Source: a virus
Virus record (IMG/VR): IMGVR_UViG_3300009702_000004
Location: 1-44,142 of that record
DNA length: 44,142 nucleotides
Strand: one strand, 5' to 3'
Position numbers and translations under genes: made by a program. The notes under the pieces were generated by a model. The model had not been told where the DNA came from and did no database searches. It was given only the letters and a program-made list of their open reading frames with translations. Positions 1 through 10,110 of the stretch are shown in pieces (the first letter of the stretch is position 1; every line of letters begins with the position of its first letter).

Positions 1-123
1 AAGATACTAGCAGTCGTAATAGAAGCAGACCCCACTGTGGCGTCTACTGACAAGGAGCCATAGAATAACTCTACGCTAGTCTGCGTGATTGAACCGCCAT
101 TTATATTCGGACCCCACTTTGGC
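1..123. repeat. Terminal overlap: nt 1-123 are identical to nt 44020-44142. The window is therefore one closed (circular or terminally redundant) 44,019-bp genome.
   Basis: Compared directly. Both copies begin aagatactagcagtcgtaat and end accccactttggc, with no mismatch. Confidence 0.97.
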
Positions 124-926
124 TGGGCTCGAATGGCATTGTGCTGTGTACAGGTTCTTGAGCCACCATCAGCATAGGTCTTATATTGATCAAGAAACAA
201 ATAGAGTGGGCCAACGGTATTTGTTGCGACTTCTACTGCTACTGCAGCATTGATGAGAAGCTGCGCGGCGAAAAGAAAGCCAGTATCCTCGAAACGCATT
301 GTATGCTGGAAATTTATACCCCCGACAGCCTGATCGTTACCAAGGCCGCCGCCACCCGGTATGTTTGTCGTGATCGTTCGCCCGGAAGAACTGAAGAATG
401 CAGAAGCTGAGGGGCCTGTATCTGTCGTGATGGTGAAATCATCAGGCCACAATTCAATGGCCATCTTGCCAGTAACATCTGGCTGTGAGAATTTCAGCAG
501 CCTCCGACTTCCGTGCCCCATACTCAACGAACCATCACCAACTGCTCGAAGGATGTCGAGGCTGCTCGCATCGCGGACAGCAAAGATGTCCCCCACGCCA
601 GACGCCAGATCAATTGTCAATGGAGCGCCAGCGGCTATTGTGAGCTGTGGGACCGCTGTCGCTGCGTCATAGACGGTCTGCAGCGTCTCTACGGTGGGGG
701 TTACCCATGTCGGTATCCCAGCGACTACTTCCAGCGCATCGCCGACACTTCCTACGGGAAGGCGGGCAGTTGCTCCTGCGATCTGTATCACCATGTCTCC
801 ATCAGTGCTCAATGGATCAACATATCCACCGCCTGTTCCCGAGCCGCCTCCGACGGGCGTTACAGCCGCGCCTGATGAGATGAATCGGGGCCGTGGGGTG
901 GCCCGACCGGGGATATTGAACGGCAC
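1..926 (-). CDS. Tail-fibre-like protein, 5' part. It runs off the left edge and continues in frame at 44019->43683, about 420 aa in total.
   Basis: I checked every triplet of the minus frame from 926 to 1 and found no stop. It is in frame with track ORF 43683..44072 through the 123-nt overlap. GTG at 926 follows GAGGAG by 9 nt and sits just after the terL stop. The segment GDMVIQIAGATARLPVGSVGDALEVVAGIPTWV resembles a motif common in phage fibre proteins. The ORF is missing from the track because it has no stop inside the window edge. Confidence 0.75.
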   Translation of the reverse strand, partial: MPFNIPGRATPRPRFISSGAAVTPVGGGSGTGGGYVDPLSTDGDMVIQIAGATARLPVGSVGDALEVVAGIPTWVTPTVETLQTVYDAATAVPQLTIAAGAPLTIDLASGVGDIFAVRDASSLDILRAVGDGSLSMGHGSRRLLKFSQPDVTGKMAIELWPDDFTITTDTGPSASAFFSSSGRTITTNIPGGGGLGNDQAVGGINFQHTMRFEDTGFLFAAQLLINAAVAVEVATNTVGPLYLFLDQYKTYADGGSRTCTQHNAIRAQPKWGPNINGGSITQTSVELFYGSLSVDATVGSASITTASI

Positions 927-927
927 T

Positions 928-2763
928 CTACTTCACTCCTCGCGGTTTGCGGCGCCAGATTCTGCTGGCTATCCGCTTGCGGTTTGCTATATGCTTCTCA
1001 AGGCCCAGCGTTACTGATCTTCCGGGCACTTCTTTCATCCACGATTTGATCTCCTTGTCCATCTCCTTCTTCCGATGTCGCTCGACTCCCTTGTTGGTCT
1101 CGATCTTCACTCGATCCTCGAAGAAGCTCGCGGCCATCTGTATCGTCTCTATTCGGTCATCATGCGCTAGAGCGCCCCTGTTCCGAGTCATTCGCGTGAG
1201 CTGATAGAGGAGGGAATATATGGTGGTTCCCTTCGCCTGAGCCTCTCTGGTATCATTCTCGATCACTTCTCGGGAGAAGATAAGCCGATGAGAGCCCATC
1301 AAGGGCTCCAACACGTCGCATATGCGGCGTTCCTTCTGCGCATGGCCCGCAACCGGGTCATGTACCGCGGCTTTGCAGCCCGCGGCCCGCAGTTTGGGCA
1401 TCAGAAGGGCTGTGAACATGCCGCCGCCATAGTTGGCCTCGGCCACAACGTCATGGACTCCCCAAAAGACGGCACGTTCTGCGAGGCCCTGAAGGGTGCT
1501 CTCAGCGAAGCCATCCTGAAATCCGCCGACCTCCATCACGAACAGATACCCATATAGGGCCTTCATGACGGTATAGGCGGTCTCATCCTTGCCCTTACCC
1601 GAAGGATCAATGACCATGACCGTTCCAGTGTACTTAGTCATGTCATTAGAGCGCCAGACCGGGTGATAACAGCGATCTCCCTCGAAACCGAGAGGGCTGT
1701 CGTGCATCACAGACTCAGACTGGTTGCCCCACACATACTTCACATGGGCCATCTCATGGTCGAGAGAGTCGACGATTAGATTCCGCAGCTTCAACGGGTG
1801 CTGTTCGGCCGAGGCGGCCTGTGTGTTGAGCATGAATTGCAGCTGAAAGCCAGCGCGTCCATATTCCAGCTCACGCCCCGATAGCTCGTGTTCATCGAAC
1901 CGCGGCACAGCGTGGCCCTGTTGGTCTATGACCGTGGGCTCAGTGGGAGTGCCCACGAGAACATCGGGGTCATCTATCATCCGCTGGATCATGGGAGCCA
2001 GAGCACAACGCATTTCGCGGTTGCGCCCACGGGTGTCACCAAATTCCAGACGGTCTTCTCTGTTCTCTAAGACGGTGAATTCCTTCATCCATTCATCTCG
2101 TGACCCGGGAACCCGGGCGGGCCAAATCTGGAGATCATAGCCCAGCCGTGGCAGCTCATTATAGAGCGTATCCTCAAGCTGTGGCGTACCAAGATACTTG
2201 ATCTTGCCATGCGGCTTCAGGACGGACCGAAACTCCTTGACACGATTCCGCGTGTCTTCGCGCATGTGCTGTGTCAGTGAGTTGGTCGGTACTTCAATGT
2301 CGTCGGGAACAATAAGGTCGGCCCGCGAGCCGGTCAGCTGGCCCTTCAGTCCGACAGACTTGACGGATGGAGAGGGATCAAACTGACAGCCCCGCACGTC
2401 AAACTTATCGTTCGCCCATCGCCTGCCCCCTGCTAGATGCTGTAACACATCCACTTCCTCCAACATCCCCTTGATGAACAAGGAGAGGCCATCTGCATGG
2501 CCCTGAGAAGCGGAGACAAGCATGATTTTCATTTCAGGGTTCCAGAGGAGCGACCAGCCGACATAGGCTCCAGTGAGCCATGTCTTGGCCGCTCCACGGA
2601 ACGCTTGGATCATACTGAAATCCGGCCCGTGTTGCAGGTAGTGCGCCATATTGAGCTGTAGCGCGGTCGGCTTGGGCAGACCAAGATGACGCCAGAGCAT
2701 TCCCACGAATACGCGGAAATCCACCAGCCCCATCCGGGTCAGTTCCTCCTTGTTTACAGCCAC
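928..2763 (-). CDS. terL: Terminase large subunit (T7 gp19-like)
   Basis: 611 aa with a Walker-A-like FRGAAKTW. Size and position after the internal virion proteins are typical of T7-like maturase B. GTG start overlaps the upstream small ORF. Confidence 0.93.
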   Translation of the reverse strand: MAVNKEELTRMGLVDFRVFVGMLWRHLGLPKPTALQLNMAHYLQHGPDFSMIQAFRGAAKTWLTGAYVGWSLLWNPEMKIMLVSASQGHADGLSLFIKGMLEEVDVLQHLAGGRRWANDKFDVRGCQFDPSPSVKSVGLKGQLTGSRADLIVPDDIEVPTNSLTQHMREDTRNRVKEFRSVLKPHGKIKYLGTPQLEDTLYNELPRLGYDLQIWPARVPGSRDEWMKEFTVLENREDRLEFGDTRGRNREMRCALAPMIQRMIDDPDVLVGTPTEPTVIDQQGHAVPRFDEHELSGRELEYGRAGFQLQFMLNTQAASAEQHPLKLRNLIVDSLDHEMAHVKYVWGNQSESVMHDSPLGFEGDRCYHPVWRSNDMTKYTGTVMVIDPSGKGKDETAYTVMKALYGYLFVMEVGGFQDGFAESTLQGLAERAVFWGVHDVVAEANYGGGMFTALLMPKLRAAGCKAAVHDPVAGHAQKERRICDVLEPLMGSHRLIFSREVIENDTREAQAKGTTIYSLLYQLTRMTRNRGALAHDDRIETIQMAASFFEDRVKIETNKGVERHRKKEMDKEIKSWMKEVPGRSVTLGLEKHIANRKRIASRIWRRKPRGVK

Positions 2764-3014
2764 GAGTCTTCCTCGGATTCCGCGAGCTCTACCGCGGTGA
2801 GTCCGGTCTCGACTTTGCGTTCTACTGGTATGGTGGTGAGATCGGCGTTGAAGCCGTTCTGCTGGAGCATCTTACCGATGTGTCCCCGAGAAGTGTCGGT
2901 GATCATCGATTCTCCAGTCTGCATGTATGCTTCGAGATCTCTGAGATAGAGCTCTTCGATTCGGGCGAGCGCAGCGGCATTACGCCGGATGCGCTCCTGT
3001 TCTTTCTGGTTCAT
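2754..3014 (-). CDS. Putative terminase small subunit (gp18-like), 86 aa
   Basis: Sits immediately upstream of terL and overlaps it. I chose the internal ATG at 3014 (MNQKEQERIRR...), which overlaps the stop of the preceding ORF (TAATG). The call rests on synteny only. Confidence 0.5.
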   Translation of the reverse strand: MNQKEQERIRRNAAALARIEELYLRDLEAYMQTGESMITDTSRGHIGKMLQQNGFNADLTTIPVERKVETGLTAVELAESEEDSWL

Positions 3015-3232
3015 TATCTGAGTACCGCCAGAGCTATTGTGAGAAGTAAGGCACCCAAAGCTGCGATCCCTTTTGCCCATGCCCGAGACTGCTTGAGAGA
3101 GTCGATGTCATTCTGTTGAGCCTTCGTATCTCCCTTCATCTCCTTGATGTCTTGCGCCATCAGCATCGTCCTCTCGTCAATTCGTGCTACCGTCGATGCT
3201 ACGGTGTCGTTTGGTGCTATCGGTGCTGTCAT
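3014..3232 (-). CDS. Small membrane protein with a C-terminal TM helix (holin or spanin-class candidate)
   Basis: 72 aa. Hydrophobic tail GIAALGALLLTIALAVL. ATGA overlap with the upstream 1465-aa gene. Occupies the position of T7 gp17.5/18.5. Confidence 0.5.
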   Translation of the reverse strand: MTAPIAPNDTVASTVARIDERTMLMAQDIKEMKGDTKAQQNDIDSLKQSRAWAKGIAALGALLLTIALAVLR

Positions 3233-6200
3233 GGAGATGATTGCCGCCGGGTAAAGGATTCTTGGAGTGCGTCTGTCGCGGGGCGTCCGCCAAACCGGCC
3301 GACAGAACGTAGGATCTTCTCCTGCATGTCGGCTTGGGCCAGATCCGGGAATGCTCCCAGCATCTGTACTTCCGCGAGATCTTGATATTGCTGGATGATG
3401 GCTGCCGCGGCCTCATAGCGAGGCCCTCCGGGGAAGTCCTCGGAGCCGGGCGGCATGCGTGCCCACGCCGTGCTGTGGATCAATCTGCTGAGGGCAGACT
3501 TCAGAGAAGGCGTATTGGCGCTGGGGTGGGCCGTCTTCTCCTGCCAGAATTCGTAAGGAGACATGCCGTTTACCTTACCAAACCTGTTGGTGTCTCTGAG
3601 ATCGAGACGCCCGTCATATTTCAGATGGTCTGGCAGCGCCATATTCTTGCCGAGTCTATAGAGAGAGAGGGCCAGAGCATTGTCCTTTGTCGGGCCGACC
3701 TGTGTGAACGGGTTGAAAGTCCGGTCGAAGCTGCCAGCGGCCTTGAACACGGGCTCGCGGAAGATGTTTCGCCGGGCGGGCAGGTTGTCTGACAGTCCGG
3801 GAGTCAGCTTCATCAGATTCTGTACGAAGCCGTCTGCTTCCCGCATCTGATCATCGAATCCGGTAAACTGTGAAACAGCCACAGGGACCGCCATGGTCGC
3901 AGCGACTCTCTCAGTGAAATCCACCATTGCATGAGGATCTCCGTCAAACAACACATTCATCATCTCACCTGCATTGCCAATCCATGAGTTGTCAGACACA
4001 TAATTCAGCAGTGAGGCGGTGACGCCCATCATTGCTTCATTGATGGTTTCGCCGTCCTTGATCGAGCCTGAGGCCTGCCATATATCCGCCACCATGGCCA
4101 TCGGTCCAAAGAGCGAAGACAGGCGGTTGTAGTTGACCAGAGTGTTGCCCATTCTGATCGTATAGGGGCGAAAGCCAGCGTCCATCCACCGTTTCCTAAC
4201 AGCCGGGTTCTGCGGACCACCGCCAGTGATCCTGCCAGCAGCCGCCAAGAGCCCCGCGGTTCCAGTCAGCGCGGCCGCTGTGGCCAGTCGACCTTGCGCC
4301 GACGCCGCCCGGGCGCCACCAGCAAGAAAGTCTGCTTGCAGCGACTTGACAGAAAGAGCGGCCAGCGGAGATCGCATAACGATGTTCTTCATGACGTTGT
4401 GCGGTGTCCGGAGGAAGGGGATGAACAGCTGTCCCGCGGTTCCTAGCGCGTCGTCTCCCTGTATAAGACTCGCGATTCTCTTCACTTTTGGCCCGAGATC
4501 GTCGGTAAACGTCGCATTTCGCGCATATTCCAAGGCGTCTGTATTCAGACCGTGGCCGTCGGCGGCGATGCTGGCATCGAGATCATCGGCCATTCGACGG
4601 GCTGAAGTTGCCGCATCAAGGCCTTCTCTTGCAGAAGACAAAAGAGATCTGGAGCGAATCCTCGCTCGATAATTCAAGACCTTGAAGAATTCGTCGGAGG
4701 CAGTCAGGAAATCCATGGGGATGTTCATGAACGAGAGCATGCCACCAAACCGTCCGGCGTCGATCTCTCTGGTCATGAAGGCAGGATCAAGAGCCCCCTG
4801 TTTGACTTTCAGTGCTCTGCCCACAGCTCTCCACGCATCACCCTGTTCGGTGAGAAGAGCATAGAGTGCATGGGCGCCTTGCCGAAGAGAGCCGGGCTCA
4901 TTCTTCAGCACGCCGCCAATCATCAGCTCAGCGGGCAGCAGCGCCGTCTGGATGCCGGTAGAGATGGTATTCACGGCCTGTGTAGAGAAGCCTGACAGCA
5001 TGCCAGACAGTCTCCATCTGATCAATGTGCTTCTGATTCCGGGGCGGTCTGAGCCTACCATGGCCTCCAGCTTTGTAGCCTTGAGAGATGTGAGTATTCC
5101 CCGAGGGTCACCATCAGCTAATGCTACAAAGCGGCCCAAGCGCTGGATCTCGTTCTTAGACAGATTTCTCACAGAACGCGGTCCGGGAGAGACACCCGCA
5201 TCGAGACGCTGGAAAGCGCTCCGGGGTATCTTCAGCTGTGCCCCCTCTTCGACCCCCGCGGCAGCCGCTGCAGAAGCCTTCGGTGCGGCCTCTGGGACAG
5301 GAGAAACGGCTTGCGCGGTCTCCTTGGCTGCATTGGGATTCGGCCCGTCGAGCGGTCCCGGCGTCGGCGCGTCGAGATTTGCATGCGTGCCCTGTACATC
5401 GGGATTGCGTGGGCGTCCGCCCTTGAACAGCCGATTCGATCTATCCAGCCAAACGGCGGGTCTGCCGGTTACCAGCTCTTCGACATGAACCATCTGATCC
5501 ATGGCCCGAGCCATCTGAACATAGGTCAGATCGCTGGCTCCCTGAGTGATCCTGATGGAATATCTCGCTACGTCTTGGCCGAGAGACTGAAGCACCAGTC
5601 CAGCTGCGCGACGTAGCGCTACCGGATCGATGTCTGCGAAGTCTTCGACCGCGGACAGGCCAGAAGTGCCGCTGCCCTTGAACAGGCCCAGCGCATCATT
5701 AGCTCTCAGAGTCATTATCTTGCGACTGCCTTTGCCAGCAGACTCTAGGATGTGTGCCAGAGAAGCGATCTGCTTGCCTATGGCTTTCTTGTTGGCCCCG
5801 AGGTTGGTTCGATTGGTCTTGATCCACGCCTGTTCCAGCCGTCGGATGGTCTGACCAGAGCGGTTTGTCCGATAGGCCGTTGCCAGATCTTCCGCCGCCT
5901 TGGTGGAGGCCTCTGAGAAGCCACCCATCGGTATAGCATTCTGGATCTTGCCATCGGCCATGGCCAGCGCCTCATTCGCGGCATCGCCTCTTGAAGCAAA
6001 GACTTCTTGTCTCAGGCGTGTCGTCGGGATAGACGCGGGCTTGCCGGACTTAAGCCGGAAGCCGACAATCTCGTTCGCCGTGGGGAATTCCGCGGACAAC
6101 TCGGTCCCGATGATGCTCAGCTTATCTCGTCCGACCGCACCTTGGAAGGCGGGGTCTATTGGCAGGTCGCCACTCAGGCCACCGGCGCGCCGGATCATTC

Positions 6201-7626
6201 GGGCGCTGCCCGGAGAGACCTGTTGGAAACCGAAGCCCTCATAGAATTTGACCAGCTGCTCCTTGGTCAGGGTGTTGTCACCAAACGGAGAAGCATTCAG
6301 TTCTATGTTTACGCCGTGTTGATCCGCGGCTGCCACGATCTTATTCATGGCTCGCGTCCCAGCACCCTCGCCCGGCTTCAGCGCCTGAAGAGTCCTGAGT
6401 TTTACAATGTCCTCACCTTCGAGAGAAAACTCGATCTTGGCGCCATCGACGATGGTCTCGCCGTTCTCACCCACTTTGAACTCGTCGCTAAATGCGCGAG
6501 CTGCTGGACTCGGCCTTCCTCGCTCTGCCCGAGGTGCAAAGTCTTGGACCGGCTGCTGATCCTTTACGACTTGGATTCGTCCAGTCTCAGGATCGAGCTT
6601 GCCCATAGATTCGACAACGATCTGGTCATTCTCCAGCCGTGCGCGGATTCCTCCCTTGCCTTGTGGAGTATCGAATTCAAAGAGGCGGAGCTCATCGCCG
6701 CGGAGACCCGCGTCGGCTCCCGCCATCGCTTCTGCCTTGACTTCTGTCAATACTGGCTTGGTGTCACCCGCCCCACGAGACAGCCGAGCGCCGCCGCTGG
6801 GGAGATCTATGACCTCAGGAGTCTGTGGCGCTTTGAAGCCCGCTACCTCTTCGGCAGCCGCGGCCAGATTACCGCGTGCAGCGGCCCGCCAAACCTTAGC
6901 GCCAGCAGCCAGCGTGGCTATGGTGCCCCCGAGCAACAAACCTTCGAGAGAATTCTTGAAGCGCCCTTCTGCTTCCCCGTCACCCGGCTTTGCCGCGAGA
7001 AAGTCAAACAGAGGATTCTGGAGCCATGATGGCCCATTCTGTACCAGATTAGAGAGCCGGTCGGTGACAGGATCTAAGAAGATCGCATCGGCCACAGCGC
7101 CCTGTGTGAGTCCCCGAGCTAAGGTGGAAAACTTCTTGAGCTTCAAGAGTTTGCCGACCCCGAGAAGACCAACTCCAATTTGTACGATGCCCTCAGTGAG
7201 AGAGCCGGTAACCGAAGTGGGTGCGGTGATCGCATCCTTGCCGATATGCAACGGATTCCGATCATCAGAGCTTTGAGACCACCAGTCTAGGAAGTCCTGT
7301 CCTCCGAAGAATTCTCCGGCTCCAGTGATCTTCGCCGCGCCGCCGCCGATGCTGGTGGCAACATCTCCCAGCTCGTCTACAGCGCCGATGACTCCCCGCA
7401 CGCCACCACGCCGAATTTGGGCGTTGAAGTCGCTGAAGGGATTCAAGGCATCGATAAACATCCTTCCGAGGCCGGCACGCTCTTGCGGGTCAGACCGAAG
7501 GGCCTGAGACGGTCCTGTCAGGGAAACACCCTGCGGATTGGTGGCGCGAGCGCTGTCTGCTGCGAGAAAGCTCTTCCGCTCACGGCGAGCTGCTCTCAGG
7601 CGCTGCGTTCTACTCTGATCTTGCAC
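3229..7626 (-). CDS. Internal virion (ejection/core) protein, gp16-like, with an embedded GNAT-like acetyltransferase segment
   Basis: 1465 aa, the last of three ORFs after tail tubular B as in T7 gp14-16. Residues about 312-475 carry GNAT-type motifs (LKPGEGAGTRAMNKIV ... LVKFYEGFGFQQV). Confidence 0.7.
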   Translation of the reverse strand: MQDQSRTQRLRAARRERKSFLAADSARATNPQGVSLTGPSQALRSDPQERAGLGRMFIDALNPFSDFNAQIRRGGVRGVIGAVDELGDVATSIGGGAAKITGAGEFFGGQDFLDWWSQSSDDRNPLHIGKDAITAPTSVTGSLTEGIVQIGVGLLGVGKLLKLKKFSTLARGLTQGAVADAIFLDPVTDRLSNLVQNGPSWLQNPLFDFLAAKPGDGEAEGRFKNSLEGLLLGGTIATLAAGAKVWRAAARGNLAAAAEEVAGFKAPQTPEVIDLPSGGARLSRGAGDTKPVLTEVKAEAMAGADAGLRGDELRLFEFDTPQGKGGIRARLENDQIVVESMGKLDPETGRIQVVKDQQPVQDFAPRAERGRPSPAARAFSDEFKVGENGETIVDGAKIEFSLEGEDIVKLRTLQALKPGEGAGTRAMNKIVAAADQHGVNIELNASPFGDNTLTKEQLVKFYEGFGFQQVSPGSARMIRRAGGLSGDLPIDPAFQGAVGRDKLSIIGTELSAEFPTANEIVGFRLKSGKPASIPTTRLRQEVFASRGDAANEALAMADGKIQNAIPMGGFSEASTKAAEDLATAYRTNRSGQTIRRLEQAWIKTNRTNLGANKKAIGKQIASLAHILESAGKGSRKIMTLRANDALGLFKGSGTSGLSAVEDFADIDPVALRRAAGLVLQSLGQDVARYSIRITQGASDLTYVQMARAMDQMVHVEELVTGRPAVWLDRSNRLFKGGRPRNPDVQGTHANLDAPTPGPLDGPNPNAAKETAQAVSPVPEAAPKASAAAAAGVEEGAQLKIPRSAFQRLDAGVSPGPRSVRNLSKNEIQRLGRFVALADGDPRGILTSLKATKLEAMVGSDRPGIRSTLIRWRLSGMLSGFSTQAVNTISTGIQTALLPAELMIGGVLKNEPGSLRQGAHALYALLTEQGDAWRAVGRALKVKQGALDPAFMTREIDAGRFGGMLSFMNIPMDFLTASDEFFKVLNYRARIRSRSLLSSAREGLDAATSARRMADDLDASIAADGHGLNTDALEYARNATFTDDLGPKVKRIASLIQGDDALGTAGQLFIPFLRTPHNVMKNIVMRSPLAALSVKSLQADFLAGGARAASAQGRLATAAALTGTAGLLAAAGRITGGGPQNPAVRKRWMDAGFRPYTIRMGNTLVNYNRLSSLFGPMAMVADIWQASGSIKDGETINEAMMGVTASLLNYVSDNSWIGNAGEMMNVLFDGDPHAMVDFTERVAATMAVPVAVSQFTGFDDQMREADGFVQNLMKLTPGLSDNLPARRNIFREPVFKAAGSFDRTFNPFTQVGPTKDNALALSLYRLGKNMALPDHLKYDGRLDLRDTNRFGKVNGMSPYEFWQEKTAHPSANTPSLKSALSRLIHSTAWARMPPGSEDFPGGPRYEAAAAIIQQYQDLAEVQMLGAFPDLAQADMQEKILRSVGRFGGRPATDALQESFTRRQSSP

Positions 7627-7663
7627 ATTATCCTCACAAGGATAGATGGGGGACTATTGTCAG

Positions 7664-9580
7664 TTAACGTCCTAGTCCTTTGCGGACGTTGTTGGCTTCT
7701 TGTGTGCGGAGCATCTCTTCCTTCAGCTTGTCTACCTGCTTGCGAAAGCTGGAGTCATTGATCTTGACGCCGTTCCGAATGAGCTGCGACTGCAGCCCGG
7801 TGAGATAGGTCAGCGGATCACTCGCTGCCTGTTCTGAGACAGACCGCCCCGGTGTGGCGAAGAAAGCATCGAGCCCGTCTGAAATGAAACTCCCCTGTGT
7901 CTGAGGGTCCATCTCAAGCTCTACCTCTGCAACCCACTGAGCGAGAGTGTCGGTATTGGTGATGTAGGTATTGTCCTCATACTGTTGAGTGGCGAAGGTG
8001 GCCTCTTGCTGCCGGGCCTGATCCTCGATCAACAGTCGTTCTGTGGGACTCATGAACTGATGCTGCATCGCCACAAGCGCATTGGACTTCCAATCCACAA
8101 ACTCCGGTGACGTTATGGTCGCGTCTGGATTCGCCGTTATGAATTGCTGAAAAGAGTCTCGCAAGACAGGCGTAGCATCAATGGTTCGACGGGTGGTAAT
8201 GGCGCTGGGAGAGAAACCCCCCATTGCCATATCCAGCTCTCTTGCTGCCTGTGCCCACATGCGCCCCTGAGGAGCCTGTGAAGCATTATCGTTCTGTATC
8301 TGCCGAAGCTGGCCCCTAAGAAAGCTCGCGTCTCTTGGATTCAATTGACCCACATTGATCTGGCGAGAAATGTCTCTCATACTGGTCTGTCCGCCCTGAA
8401 GGATGTCGGTCCAGAGCGAATTTTTCAGATCAATATTGCTCTCATAGTCAAGAGCTTTAGCATTCTGCAGATTCGTTGCCAGCCGCACCAATTCGCCCGT
8501 GAAATCGGGACTAAACGTCCCCGGATCAGCTTGGGCTATCTGGTCGATGACGCTCGTGAGGTCTACTCGGCCATCTTTCTCAAACTGTTCAAACACTCCT
8601 TGTCTAACTTCACTCTCTGCGGTTCTCTGTTTGTTGAGGAGCGACAGTTGCTGGTCGGCATTCATGCTCTGATTGAACGAGGCTCGCCGCTGTGCGGCTT
8701 TCAGGATGGCATCGGAATGACGCGGAACCGAAAAGAGACTGTTTGTCCCTGACTTGATTCCGCGGAGGATGTCTTTGCCTTGCTCGCCGGTCAGCGTGCC
8801 GTCGTCGATTCCAGAGACAACCGCCCGAACCAGCGCATCATTCATCTTGGTTCTATCTTGTGCCGTCGCGGTTCTCCCGAGGGTCTCCAGCCATGAATCT
8901 GACTGTGCCTTCAAGCCTTCAGAGATATTCTGAACATAGACCTTTGCCGGTACGTTGGCCTCAGCATTGATGATCACACCACGATAGGCGGTGGCGAGAG
9001 CCTCGTCGCCCTTCTTCGTAATGTTGCTCGCTACCATGGTGGCATGTTTCTGCCGCATGGAGTTGAGATATTGATCGGCCCGCTCCGCGAACCCGTCGCT
9101 CAAGGCGGCGTTGTCGGGAACTGGATTGTCTGCGTTGAATTTCGCAGCGAAGTCTGCCGCAAACGTGTCGAAGTCAGACTCACTGACACTATCTTGTAGT
9201 CCAGCTTCGGCAGCAGCGACGGTCAACTCAGCGCCAAACTTGTCGGCTCTCGCCTGTCCCAGCATGGCGAACACTCCATCCCTGAAGAATGGATTGTCGC
9301 CGCGGCTTATGATGCCGTCATTGACTAGCGCTTCTATCGTGTTCTTGCCTTCTGCGATAGCAGCGGCTGCTTGGGCTCTGCCTTTCTCTTCTTGCGCCTT
9401 GGCGGCCTGCTGGGTCCGCTGGACTGTCGTCACAGTAACCTTCTGGCCGAACTCTTTGAGAGATTGCGCCAGCTTGAGCGTCTTAGAAACATCAGGTGAG
9501 GCGAGCCGGGGAGCGCTGGCTGTGGCTACAGGCGTGAGGGGCTGTGGCCCCAGCTTGTTAGAAAATCCGTTGTTTGCCAT
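7664..9580 (-). CDS. Internal virion protein, gp15-like
   Basis: 638 aa, alanine/glutamine-rich, at the syntenic position between the gp14-like and gp16-like genes. Confidence 0.6.
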   Translation of the reverse strand: MANNGFSNKLGPQPLTPVATASAPRLASPDVSKTLKLAQSLKEFGQKVTVTTVQRTQQAAKAQEEKGRAQAAAAIAEGKNTIEALVNDGIISRGDNPFFRDGVFAMLGQARADKFGAELTVAAAEAGLQDSVSESDFDTFAADFAAKFNADNPVPDNAALSDGFAERADQYLNSMRQKHATMVASNITKKGDEALATAYRGVIINAEANVPAKVYVQNISEGLKAQSDSWLETLGRTATAQDRTKMNDALVRAVVSGIDDGTLTGEQGKDILRGIKSGTNSLFSVPRHSDAILKAAQRRASFNQSMNADQQLSLLNKQRTAESEVRQGVFEQFEKDGRVDLTSVIDQIAQADPGTFSPDFTGELVRLATNLQNAKALDYESNIDLKNSLWTDILQGGQTSMRDISRQINVGQLNPRDASFLRGQLRQIQNDNASQAPQGRMWAQAARELDMAMGGFSPSAITTRRTIDATPVLRDSFQQFITANPDATITSPEFVDWKSNALVAMQHQFMSPTERLLIEDQARQQEATFATQQYEDNTYITNTDTLAQWVAEVELEMDPQTQGSFISDGLDAFFATPGRSVSEQAASDPLTYLTGLQSQLIRNGVKINDSSFRKQVDKLKEEMLRTQEANNVRKGLGR

Positions 9581-9588
9581 GATCGTTA

Positions 9589-10110
9589 TTATCCTCCCCT
9601 TGGCTTAGGCAGGGCAGCAAAAGCATTGGCAGTATCCAAAGCGATGCTTGAGAAATCCAGAAGATCCTGTAATGGTCCGCCGCCCTGTCCGGCTCTCGCA
9701 GCTTGCAGTGCCGAGCTAAACTCTGAACGAGCCGCTCGCCGCTGTGTTTCTAGCTGTCGCCGGACTTCCCGAAGCTGGAGATTGATCGAACCAAGAAATT
9801 CTTGGCCGCCCTGAAACACGTCTTGCACCTGTGTGGCCGACCCGACTCCCCGAGAGGCCCCGGCCGCCTTAGCGCGGGCCGCCTGAACGACAGTCTGTCG
9901 CCGTCCTTGCCTGCGGGCTTGTGCTGCGCTGATGAGCTCTTGACGCTGGCGTGTCGCCAGCCCCGAGAGCTGGGCGGTGAGACGAACCAAGGCATTCTGT
10001 TCGAGTAGCTTGGCTCTGTCTCTTTCCGCCTTATTGCCGCTGAAGATGCCAGCTACCTTGGAAAGGGCGCCGACTCCTATGGCAACAGCAGGAAGTACAG
10101 GAAGCGGCAT
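9589..10110 (-). CDS. Internal virion protein, gp14-like
   Basis: 173 aa. Hydrophobic N-terminus, R/Q/A-rich helical remainder. Lies directly after tail tubular B. Confidence 0.55.
   Translation of the reverse strand: MPLPVLPAVAIGVGALSKVAGIFSGNKAERDRAKLLEQNALVRLTAQLSGLATRQRQELISAAQARRQGRRQTVVQAARAKAAGASRGVGSATQVQDVFQGGQEFLGSINLQLREVRRQLETQRRAARSEFSSALQAARAGQGGGPLQDLLDFSSIALDTANAFAALPKPRGG

Noticed and set aside
186-1017. Plus-strand track ORFs at 186-1017, and the many other plus-strand ORFs throughout the window.
   Set aside because: They lie antisense to long, motif-bearing minus-strand genes. Here that is the open fibre frame 926->1. They have no RBS and give low-complexity translations. 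I read them as shadows of GC-rich coding sequence.
9750-9995. Nested minus-strand ORFs inside larger genes (for example 9750..9995, 15641..15934, 21587..21829, 26442..26825, 29410..29823 and 30664..31092).
   Set aside because: They are out of frame within motif-bearing genes, and their translations are R/S/P-rich.
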